Source: Psammoneis japonica | Taxonomy: Eukaryota | Direction of reading: 5' to 3' | DNA length: 64,000 nucleotides | NCBI GenBank assembly: GCA_008632985.1 | Contig: QPGO01000030.1 | Location: forward strand, 62,001 to 126,000 | Part shown: positions 1-10,949 of the stretch, one piece after another | How the letters are laid out: every line of letters begins with the position of its first letter | Position numbering within the stretch: the stretch's first letter is position 1 | Position numbers and translations under genes: made by a program | Notes under the pieces: model-generated | What the model saw: only the letters and a program-made list of their open reading frames with translations | Database searches by the model: none | What the model was told of the DNA's origin: nothing

Positions 1-107
1 ATGGGAACTAGGCGGAAAAACTAAACTTTTTCTCTCATCTCGCTCAACGGACGGACGGAAGTGTCCATCCGTCGGTCGGTCAGTTTAGTGTCACCATCAG
101 TTCCCAT
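1..107. repeat. Fold-back / MITE-like or transposon-terminal inverted repeat
   Basis: ATGGGAACT (1-9) pairs with AGTTCCCAT (99-107), CTAAACT (21-27) pairs with AGTTTAG (82-88), and there is an inner GACGGACGGA-AGTG-TCCATCCGTC hairpin. May be cut by the window edge. Confidence 0.45.
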
Positions 108-307
108 GTGTTCTTTCTTGCAGGACTGCAACTGTCCTTAACAAAACCGTTGTATGACCTCAAAACTTTTGGCTTTCACCACACCTCACTCATGCATCTT
201 GCTCTTTGCTGTGAGGGCATTGAACACAGTGCAGCAGGCAGCCAGGCTGGCACCACCAAGAAAGCGCTGGCCAAAACAATGGAGCGAGCCTTTTGTGGCA
301 CACCACA

Positions 308-703
308 TGCACTGTGCTCGGAGAAGGAGTGCAGACAAAAGTGGAGCAAATCACAAAAAGCAAAAAGTGGAAAATCATGAGATGAGATTTGCTTTGGGAT
401 TTTGGGTTTCTCCAAATGAGCTCTCAATGCCCCAAGGCATTCTTTGCACTGCTTCCACAGACCAAAGGCCTTTCGGAGAATCCGGCAGTGATGCAGATTG
501 TCTGGATGCAATCAATTGACACCTTGCGTGTCAACATGGTCTGTTGATCAATTTGCACTTTTTGACATCCAACCAAGTCTGTGTGATTGACCTGCCCTTT
601 GTGCGCACACTTTCGGCTGTGGTGTGGTGTGCCGTTGACATGTGCGAGACAATGCACAGCTGCGAACGGGCATGTTTCTTTCCACTTGGCAGCACATGCT
701 GCA
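308..703 (-). mobile_element. Solo LTR, diverged relative of the LTRs at 3648/6576
   Basis: Starts TGCACTGTGCTCG like the LTRs at 3648 and 6576, shares internal blocks (AAAAGTGGAAA, AAAGGCCTTTCGGAGAA, CAGATTGTC) and ends GCTGCA. Flanked by CACA / CATG, a plausible mutated 4-bp TSD. Confidence 0.7.
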
Positions 704-1814
704 CATGTTCTTGTGTGCAAAGCTTGAGAGTCGAAAGGCAAGTCTGGCATTTTGCATGGAAAGATGGTCCTGAGCCCCCTGTTCCTCGTGCGTTCATCAT
801 CACCATCACAAAGGATGGTTTTTGTGCTTTTCCAGCGAGGGATGACTTTGGTTTTTTTTTGAACAAACGTGGCACCAGGTGCAAAAACCAGCACATGCTC
901 TCCCAGCATGCTGACAAACCACTTCCCTTCTGTCCCAGGGAGTGCTGCAGATCATTTCTTGTCATTCTGTGCAGCTTGGAGCATCACCATCATGCAGCGG
1001 CCATTCATGGAAAGGTCTTTGATGGTTTGTTTTGAGTCAAGTGAGCATGCTGCACACAGCCCTCTTTCCCCTTTGTGAGCTCAGATGGACAAGCAACAAC
1101 TTCCAAGAAAGCAGTGCTCGCTTCATGCCAGATGCAACTTTTGTGCGCTTTTGAGGTTCAACATGGAAGAGTCTGATGAGACAGTTGGTGTGAAGCAGAC
1201 ACCCCAACCAGATGGCCAGGTGTCAGAGTCTGTCTCTCAAGCCAAAAGAGTGGCGCAGGTGAGTCACACAACAAAGACAACACCCAAGTCAGCCAAGAGG
1301 GTCAAGAAGCTCTTGCAGCAGAGCAAGGTGCAGAAGGTTTGGATGACAGCTCCTGTGATGTGCAAGGTGGAGACATGCTTGCCCAGTTGCTGCAGAAGCA
1401 AAGTGGGGAATTTCTTGTTGAGAAAAGCCATCAGCAGCTGGGAGAAGATGGACTGGATGCCAAGGTGATGCGCGAGTGGGGCATCTTGGACTCTGACAAG
1501 CTGCTTTTTGAATCTTCTGACCATCACAAGAACATGATGCTCTTCATCTGGAGAAAGAGATGAGGCCAATGTGGCTCTGAGATGCCTTGGGAAGAAACAA
1601 TGAACAGGTCGTGCACATCAGCAACAGCTCATTGTTCTTGCAGCTCTCCTTGCAATGGCAAAAAACATGGTCTTTGATGAAGGAACCCAGGCACAGGCAC
1701 CCTCTAAAAGCGCGCTGACCACAACAAACTTGACTTTCTGCAGGCCATCCAGAGGGGACACTGGGATGGGCTTTTTCTGTGTGGCTTGAGTGCGGCAGTC
1801 ACAACAGCAGTGGC

Positions 1815-2114
1815 NNNNNNNNNNNNNNNNNNNNNNNNNNNNNNNNNNNNNNNNNNNNNNNNNNNNNNNNNNNNNNNNNNNNNNNNNNNNNNNNNNNNNN
1901 NNNNNNNNNNNNNNNNNNNNNNNNNNNNNNNNNNNNNNNNNNNNNNNNNNNNNNNNNNNNNNNNNNNNNNNNNNNNNNNNNNNNNNNNNNNNNNNNNNNN
2001 NNNNNNNNNNNNNNNNNNNNNNNNNNNNNNNNNNNNNNNNNNNNNNNNNNNNNNNNNNNNNNNNNNNNNNNNNNNNNNNNNNNNNNNNNNNNNNNNNNNN
2101 NNNNNNNNNNNNNN
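1815..2114. other. Assembly gap (300 N)
   Basis: Run of N. Confidence 1.
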
Positions 2115-3647
2115 GTGTGTCAAGTTGTCCACAGTTGAACAAGAAGGGCAATTGATCAGAAAAATGTTGGTCAAGAAATGTGCACGGAAGTGGCAAAACA
2201 ACTGCAAAACAATGACCAGCACAAGGGGCAGTGCACTGAAGTCTTGGCTGACAGCTGTGGCAATCAATGCAGCCAAGCGATGTCAGCACATCTTCATTCT
2301 TTGCAGAGCTGCTCTCGTTGGACCATTGGAATCTGCCCCACAGATGGAGGACAGGAAGAAGTGCACAATGCTGGCTGGCACCTGCAGGCAAAGGCGCTGT
2401 GGCTGCATGGGAGACAATGTGTGGGCGACTCGCAAACCTGCAGCCAAAGCTTTGCCAAAGCTCATTTCTCACTTTTCTGGCTGGCCTTCTTGGAGCATCA
2501 TGCGCACAATTCAACCAAGCTCTTGTTCCTCACAAGGCTGGCGGCAATGAGTGCCAGCAGCGGGGTGTGGGGCACCTGCAGGAGACAGCTTTCTGCCTCC
2601 ATTCACCGCCTCCCATCTCTTCTAAAAGTGGCAGATTTGTTGTTGATGACAAGAAATCAAAACAATGAGATGCAGCTGCGTTGACCACCGCTGCCTCTCA
2701 CATTTTGTTTTGCCACCACTTGGTGCTCTCATCTCATGACAGGCAGCCCTGGGCCTGTTCAGACCCACTGCTGTGAGTGTGCACAAACCAGCTTGAGCAA
2801 GAGGAGCAAACCACATGCGCCAGCATTCTGCACAACAAGTTTGTTGCTGTTCCTTTGTCAGAAAAGCTCTCAAAGCCACAGCCAAGGGTGCACATCAAGC
2901 AAATTTGTGGCGGCTCAGTGGGCACATCAGGAGACCAAGCATTGACTGGGGAGACTTGGAGCCCAGAGCTGGAGGAAACTTTTGGAGAAGGGGCTGCCCC
3001 ACGTGACACTCCAGAAGGCAAAGCTCAAGAGCAAGAAACTCTCAGCATCTCCTGGAGGTTGTCAGCTGCCAGTGTTCCCCTCCAATCCAGACTCACACAA
3101 CCTGCTGCCAACCGCAGTTGTGCTGATGACACAAATGATGCAGCACACCAGAGGTGCAGAGTTGGAGAGGAGCTGTGGCAGTGAACTCCTTCATGCCTTC
3201 AACAAGATCCTCAAGAAACCCAATCCTGCGCCAGCCAACATGCCAAGAGTGCGCTGGCTGGCTCTTCATGAGAGACAAAGCAGCGGGCAAAAGGGGGGCA
3301 CTTCTTGCTCTGCACTGTCAGATGAGAAAACCTCTTGGGCTTGAACTCAGAGCCAAGTGCACTGCCTTTCAATGGGGAGCAGCTGCAAAGCCAAAAGTGG
3401 ATCACCCAAATTTTGATTGGAGCTTCCAAAAAAGACCCCCAAAGCACTGCATGTCATCATGAAGGTGTGTGTCAGTCCCTCCCAGCAGGTCAACAAGATT
3501 GCAGCCAAAAAGCTGTGGCACGTGAGAGCAAGGAAGATGATTTTGGGACTGCAGCCAACTTGTGCCCCATGTTGCTCATCTCCTGCCATGATGTGTCACA
3601 CCCCAGATGATGTTTTGAAGGGTGTCAACAAGCTCACTCAGCACCAG

Positions 3648-4014
3648 TGCACTGTGCTCGAAGAACGAGTGCAAACGAAAGTAGAGCAGTGTGCGAAAAG
3701 TGGAAATTGTGAGGTTGAATTTTGCTCTGTGATTTTTGGTTTCTCCGAACGAGTTCTCAATGGCCTGAAGCTTCTGCACTGCTTCTGCAGACAAAAGGCC
3801 TTTCGGAGAACACATTCGTGACAACAGATTGTCCGGGTGCGATTGCCATTGACACATGAGATGTCAACATCGTCAATCGATCGCACTTGCAATTCTCGAC
3901 ATCCGATCAACTCTGTGTGATCGTTCTGTCCTTTGCACGCATCCACGACTGTGGCGCGATTGACACGCAAATGATGTGTGATCACAAATGTGTGTGCAAC
4001 AGTCGCGTGCTGCA
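3648..4014 (-). repeat. 3' LTR of the Gypsy element
   Basis: Direct repeat of 6576-6942, colinear with no indels and about 33 transitions by hand count. Confidence 0.95.
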
Positions 4015-4027
4015 TTCGCCTCCCCAA
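4015..4027 (-). promoter_or_regulatory. Polypurine tract (plus-strand primer)
   Basis: Minus strand reads TTGGGGAGGCGAA immediately before the TG of the 3' LTR. Confidence 0.8.
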
Positions 4028-6575
4028 TTGCACACCAGAGTCATTTGCAAGTGGACTGTTCGACGGACATCGACAGTGTCAACAATGTCTCCACTTTCAC
4101 TGTGTTGTGCCATTGGCAATGACTGTTGTTGTTTTGTGTGGGCAACGCAGGGCCGCTCCAATTTCCGAATGTCTTTTGAGAGTGACATTGTTTGTTTCTC
4201 ACTTGACATGTGCACACACAGCATTGCGTCGAGCACTCTCATTGACGTTCTTGTTGACATGAACACAAGGACCAATTGTCCTGGAGCAAGTGTTTTTCCT
4301 GACATCGATTGCACACAGCATCGTGCCCAGTGCTTAATGCACGCTCTTGGTCACGGCGTTCACTTGCTTGCTTGTGGATTTCATGCAGTTTGGCGGGCTT
4401 GCTTTGTGTGCCATGTTGCTCTGCTGCACTGCCACGTTTCACAAGCAATGACAAACGATGGTCAAAGATGTCATGACCATTTCGTCTTGACAATCAAATC
4501 CTGTGATGGTTGTGAATTCCATTGTGGATTTTTTTTTTTGCACTTCAACCATCTGTCAGTTGGATTTTAATCGTCATTTGGACGTTTCTTTCTGACATGC
4601 CGGCGCCATTTTGTCATTCCGAAGGCACTGGTTTCGTGCACCAAGTGGACAAATGTCCATTTTTCTTTTCTTTTTCTAGATCTTTGGCACATCTCGTGTG
4701 TCAACATGATGCACATTTTAATGTCTTGCCTCGTACATTGTACAATACAACCGTACGGGTGTTGTGAGATTGTCTTTTGCCAGTGTGAAGTGGATGCGTA
4801 TAATGTACACCAATCTGTCACTGTTTTTTCCTAAATCGTCCTTTAAAAAGGCGATTTTATCCTTGTGACATGAGCATTTTTCGATCTCGCTCGCCTCCAC
4901 GAAAAGTGTTCGTATGATATGTCGCGTCCGACAATTTGGAGGGAATGTCTTTATCCCGTTTTAACGGTAGGACATTGTCGTAGGATTCAATTTTCTATAG
5001 TAAGTCGGCTGATCGCGTCTATCGCGACGATGTTCGCCTTGCCCTCGTTGTATTCTAATTCGGGACTGAAGTTGTCAACGTATGACTTTGTCCGTTGTGT
5101 CTTATGATCCGTATATGTATAAATCTGTTGGCCAAACAGTATATTTCGGAATTTTATAAGTGTTTTCACTATGGACAGAAGTTCTTTTTTTCGTTGTAAC
5201 GTATAATATTGAAATCCGTGTATGATAACAATATAGTTTTTGATTTGATACGCTCCATATTTTCGGAGACTTTTCGTTCCGTACTTGTACTTTTGCCGTT
5301 TGACCTTTATTGAGGTGAATTTGGCTAGTATTGTACAGGAGATCGTTGAGACTACATGTCTCGATAATAGTAACGTATGACAACGAGATGTCGTAGTGTT
5401 CTTTACGTTTTTCTCGTGTTGCGATTGCTTGAATCGCCTCCATTTTCTTTGTAATCGATTGCATATCGTTACGTATGGAAGTCTTGATAGTTTATTTCAA
5501 GTTAAATAGTGAAGGACTTTTGTTGTTAACCTTCTAAGCGACTGTTCTAGTCGTTTGAATGCCGTATTAAGCTGTCACTTGTACAGGTGATATTTTGAAG
5601 TTACTTTTGTCAGGCACAAACGATCACACACAGTCGTTCTGACAACTTCAAACCTGTTATGAGTTCACTCAAGTGTTGTATAAAAATATCTGGGGCTCTA
5701 TAGATTCTCATTGGAAGTCCACAGCACTCATTTTCTCCCCACGGCATGATTTTCGTGTGAGCACGACGTGTGCTTTTTTTATTTGACATGGTGGCATTCC
5801 ATGTTTGAATCAAATAGATTACATTATGAAACGTTCTTGCTTCAATAGTGTTTCCTGAATATTGGGTAAAGGATACACCACCTGTATGAACCTTACACTA
5901 AGCTTCTGAGTGTCGGGTGCGGTCGAACTCGACCTGTTTTCTTTGGACAATGAGTCTCAGAGCGACTTGTTCAGAGTGATTTCATTCTTAAGACTTCAAT
6001 CTTTCATAATAGGTCAAACTCCTTTTGATTGGACGCCTCCAAAGACTATGATAGGAGAAGGTTCTCACGCGTCGTGGAATCGCGTCAGATTTTCCACGAT
6101 GAGATCCGCTGATGCTTCCCATGCATTCGTCTGAGGAACTTTTCAAAACGATTTCAACCTCTTAAGAAGAAGATTGAGTTGGTTGTGTTCATTTGGGTTA
6201 GATGCATCGCCGTAGTTGTCACTTGATTAAGATCGATGGCGTGACAATGTGAGTCGAGGACCATTGGTTCCGTCATTGACTCCATTCACGGCGTCACATT
6301 TTTCAATGTGATCGGTTTTCAGCTTGAAAACATCGGCATCGAAGAGTGTGTGAACATTCTTCATAAGGTAATTGCTTCTTCCCATTAGATTTCTGCATTT
6401 GCGTAGTCCAATGTGACTTGCAGGACTGGACATTAAGTCGCGTCCCATGATCACATCATTTGAACCTGAAGAAAATTTGGTGTTTTCAACATGTGCTGTT
6501 TGAATGTCAGTGTGCCTTAAATTTCGCATGGTGAGAACTGAATTTGGTGTTTACTGTCAGTCGTAAAGAGCTCAA

Positions 6576-6942
6576 TGCACTGTGCTCGAAGAACGAGTGT
6601 AAACGAAAGTAGAGCAGTGTACGAAAAGTGGAAATTATGAGATTAAATTTTGCTCTGTGATTTTTGGTTTCTCCGAACGAGTTCTCAATGGCCTGAAGCT
6701 TCTGTGCTGCTTCTGCAGACAAAAGGCCTTTCGGAGAATGTGTTCGTGACAACAGATTGTCCGGGTACGATTGCTGTTGACACATGAGATGTCAACATCG
6801 TCAATCGATCGTATTTGCAATTCTCGACATCCGATCAACTCTGTGTGATCGTTCTGTCCTTTGCACGCATCCACGACTGTGGCATGATTGACGTGCAAAT
6901 AACACACAATCACAAACATGCACACAACAGTCGCGTGCTGCA
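6576..6942 (-). repeat. 5' LTR of the Gypsy element
   Basis: Direct repeat of 3648-4014. Confidence 0.95.
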
Positions 6943-9900
6943 CCAGCGCTTCTTTTGCACTCAAGCCATTGGCCAAACAGAGCACAGCTTCAGCCCATCA
7001 GCCATTTCTGGCAAATGCCAGCATCAGACAGGAAGCAAAGAAAAAGTTGTTGCAAACTTTGCAAGAGTCATGAGGTGGGGTTTGTGATGAAATCAAGGGA
7101 AAAAACCACCTGCAGAGGCTTGTTGAAAAACTCTGACACAACCAGAGTGCTCAAAGATGACTCACTGCAGAGCATCCTGTTTGCAAGATGTGCGGACACC
7201 CTGGCCTTCCACCCAGTGCCAAACCAGGCCACTGCACAGCACCCACAGAGGCAGCACATGTGTGCTGCAAATTAAAGAAGAAAGACAAGGACCTGCAGCA
7301 AGATGACTTTAAAACAAGATCAGTGCAAAAGGTTGAAGCCAACGGCGCCATTTTGGAGCATGAAAAAAAGGCCATCACAAGATTGTGGGAAATGTCAAAT
7401 TGGTGTCCAGAGGAGGGAAACATCAGAACTGCTGGGGGAGCCTTGGTGCAGCAAAAGATCCTCTGAACACTGGCCTCATTTGTGTGGAAGAGTGGTTGTT
7501 GGCATTGTCAGCCTGTTGAAGAGATGCAAGGAGCTGTTTCCATCCCACACAACTGGGGGAGAGTTGGGTGGAGATTTGCCAACTGGAGATTGTCGAAGCT
7601 GGGAAACCCTGGGAGAGCATGTGTTGCTGTGCTGGCTGGGCAGACCACTGGATGTGCAAGTTGCAGCCACATCTAAAAGCTTGAGACAAGTGGGTGGGGG
7701 GGTCAAACAAGAAGCAGGCACCTGAGCCAAATGGAGGCATGGATCTCATTGATGGCTGGCATCATGTGGTCCATGGAGCACCCACTGGCCACAATTTCAC
7801 TTGCCAAGAAATGGTGTAAAGAGACAGAAAAGTCATTGCTCAAAGCAGCCCAGCCAAAGCTGGAACACCAAAGATCCTCTTCAAGAAAGGTGTCATGCCT
7901 GTCCCAGAAATTTAATGGCGTTGGTCCAATGAAGCTCTGCATTGCCTGGGACCTTTTGAAGCTGTGAGACTCTCATCAACAAGATGACTCTCCATCAATG
8001 GCAGGCTGCAAGAGACACGCTGGTCTTTAAACTCACTGTGTTTCAAAAGTTGGTGTGTCCAGACAGCTGTTTGCCACACACTTGTGCCAGTTTGGAGCAA
8101 CCTGAGCAAAAAAGTTGCTGACAAAGTTGCTGTGGAAATTCTGTTTCAAACATGGTGTTGATCTGCTCACCCTGGCCCGACCAGGCTCCCCCCATGCAGC
8201 ACCAACAACTCTCATTCCTGACAGAGCTGTTTGCCAACTTTGGCTGCAAAGGAGAAATGCTGTGCAAAACCATCATCTGCAGGGGATGGGGGCAAATGTG
8301 TGGTGTGCACGTGTCTGATGCAACAAATTGAAATGGGGCCAGAGCTGCACCAAAACATTGGTGGAGGTGACCCATGTGACTCCCACCACTGTGAACAGTC
8401 CAAAGCTGGACTCCTTCCAAATCTTGCTGAAGACTCTGACACAGGAAGCTCTCACCATGTGGCACTTGTCTGCAGGGTGGGATTCACATCTTAGATGGAG
8501 ACTCAGGAGCCAGCTCAGGAAACCAGTTTCTCCTTGGCTGTGCTCAGTGGCTGGTGAACAACAGAGTGCTCAAAGTGCCGCAATCCACAACAGAGCACTG
8601 CTCCAGACTCCTGGGGCAGTGCAACCAATGCAAGCAAGTGGTGTGTTGCTTCACCAGATGGATTTAAGAAGCACCAACAGATGCTCATCCTGCAGTGCTC
8701 AAATGCTCCAAAGTGGGGGGTCACCAAGAGCACACCAAGGGACACCAATTCAACCCAGCTGGAAGAGATGGAAGAACCAGAGATGAGTGGTCATGTGTTT
8801 CCCACAAGTCAAGTCCAGTTGAGGTGCCTCCCATTGAAAAAATCCTCACCAGTGGAGGAGGAGCCACCAGCATGACCCGTGGCTCCTTCAAAGAGGCTGT
8901 GGCAATGGCCACAATGACTTGTCTTGTCAAACTGGAAAATCTCATCTCACACAGGTGCTGAGGAGCCAAGCCAAACTCAACATCAACTCTCTGACCAAAA
9001 CACAGACAAAGGAGAACTTTGGGGCATCTGCAGCACTCTGCACAAGCTGATGCTCTTGTGCAAAGTGCACATTGTTGATGGAGGCAAGTTTGTCATGGGC
9101 TGCAACAACTGTGACTCTGCCCTCTGTGCATGCAACCACAAACAAATGCAATGCCCCCAGGCAAGCCAGCTGTGATTTGATGAACACAATGCCCCCAGGC
9201 CAGCCAACTGCAATTTGATGTGCCAGGTGAAGAGGATGCAAAAACTGCCAGCCATTGCAGCAGTGCTGGCACAAGAGCTGAAGGCAAGGACACTGAGGTG
9301 TCAAGAGCTGGACCCAAGCAAACTCCACACCTTGAAGCATCAAATGCAGAGACAGATCTCTTGACAAAAGCCTGCTGGCAGGTGCTGGCAGGCACTCCTG
9401 TGCCATTTGACGTGGGACAACAGATGTGCTGGGGGGTGCAAATCTTTGTGGCAGACAAAGCATGGTGGCTCACATGTGGAGCTTCACTTGGGGCACAGCA
9501 TGGTGGCATCACATGTGCGCCAACAAATCCAAAACTTCTGAGCATCTGAAAATTGTGACCACATTTTGGGCAGGTGTGCCAAGGGAAAACACAAGGCAGA
9601 GCTGCCACAGCTGCTGCGCCAGAGGTGCATGAATCGTCTGTTGTCGTTTGTGCACATGCATTTACGCACTCAGTGTGACGCATGGACAACAAGATGATTT
9701 GTGCACCTCTGTGCTGCACCTCTCAACCCTGTCCATCTCCAGATGGCTCACCTGGCTGGTGAAGTGTGCCCAAGCTGAAGAGCCAGGTGGGCTGCAAATT
9801 CTGTTGTGGGGCTGGATGAAGCATTGGCAGCAAAAAAGGCTGTTGCTTTGCTTGGCACAACACTGGCTAAAGCCCCTGGCAAAGAGCCTCAGCTCTGTGT

Positions 9901-10100
9901 GGCACATCTGCCCACAGCTGTGAATGTGGATTTGCGCATGCACTGCGGCGCAAACTGGCACTTCTTTTATGCTGTCCATGGCTGTGAGTTGAGTGTTGCA
10001 CAAGGCATGACTGAGCTTGTTGCAGAAAGCAGCTCTGACAAGATCTGCACAAACTTTGAGGCTGAATTGTTGGTTGACAAACTCTGGAGCTGTGAGAGAC
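6943..10100 (+). mobile_element. Decayed non-LTR (LINE) retrotransposon with RNase H domain (diatom Ambal-like); probably continues left of the Gypsy insertion
   Basis: Fragmentary motifs in order: post-RT region (PKLEHQRSSSRKV..FNGVG ~7860-7925; KLLWKFC ~8125), RNase H-like pieces (GSFKEA ~8880; KGELWGICS..LC..GCNN ~9010-9110; NAETDLLTKACW ~9340). Heavily frameshifted and TA/CG-depleted. Boundaries approximate. Confidence 0.6.
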
Positions 10101-10949
10101 TCAGGGTGACCACCACTTCAAACTGGTCCTTCGATGGGGTTGTTTTTTGACACACCAGGTCAAACGCAGCTTTCGCTGGGGAAGGAAGATGCATGTCCAC
10201 CAAAGTTGACTGACAATCAGCAAAAATCAGGCAGAAGTGGGCTGGCAGTTTGCTTGCACACACAAAGCACTGCAGCAAAAACACTGCACCACCCACTCAC
10301 TGATGATTTGTGTGCGCGCCAGCAGGACTTCTCAAGAAAAAGTGCTTGTCAAGAAGCTCGCTTGTGGCACAAACGCCACACAAGCAACATTGCTCAGCTC
10401 TGGCATGTCAAATGCTGGGTGCAGCACCAGAAACAAAACAAAGCAAAAGGTTGTGGGAGCTGGCTGGGAAGTGCTTCTCATTCTTTCACCTGTTGTTGGT
10501 GCGTGGCAGGCACTGTGTGGTGGCACACCAGTCAAGAGACATGACGGAAGCTCTTGAAGGAAAGCAGCAGGTGCTTTTTAACAGCCAGACAGCCTGCTTT
10601 GTGAGCACACCATGGCTGGCAGCATCGATGGGGCATGGGCTGGCACAGCCGCAAGCAACAAAAAGGGTGTTTGAAAAGCACCCGAAAAGACATGTTAAAA
10701 ATTGAACGGGGATTGAGGGACGGGAGACGACAGACGCACATGATTTGTCCGATTTTCCGAAAAAGAGGCCTTTTGACCTCTTCGGAGTTCTCGTTGCGCC
10801 GCGTTCGCAGAAAACAAAAACACCGACGTCCACAAGATCGCACACAAAACAAACCAGGAAGATCAAGAAGACCTCCTTAGCTACAGCAACGAGAAGAACG
10901 ATAACAGTTGCATCGCCTACGATCGAACAAGAGAAAAGAACAAGACATC

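Larger units (their letters stand above)
3648..6942 (-). mobile_element. Internally deleted Ty3/Gypsy LTR retrotransposon (3295 bp)
   Basis: Two 367-bp direct repeats with TG...CA ends and a 4-bp TSD CCAG (3644-3647, 6943-6946). Polypurine tract next to the 3' LTR. Broken pol remnants on the minus strand in PR-RT-RH-INT order: DVIMGRDLM (~6450), MPWG..CGLPM..APDIF (~5700), FRNILFGQQIYTYTDHK...EGKANIVAIDAISRL (4987-5169), PGQLV / KLERP / DTVDVRR (4030-4320). No gag visible. Confidence 0.92.

Noticed and set aside
108..3640. Many overlapping 60-250 aa ORFs, including ones spanning the N gap
   Set aside because: Artefact of TA depletion removing TAA/TAG and of Ns; no recognisable domains.
3648..6942. 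Ordinary CpG deamination or fungal-type RIP as the explanation of the LTR divergence
   Set aside because: Most CpGs are shared by both LTRs. RIP would leave repeats TA-rich, whereas these are TA-poor.
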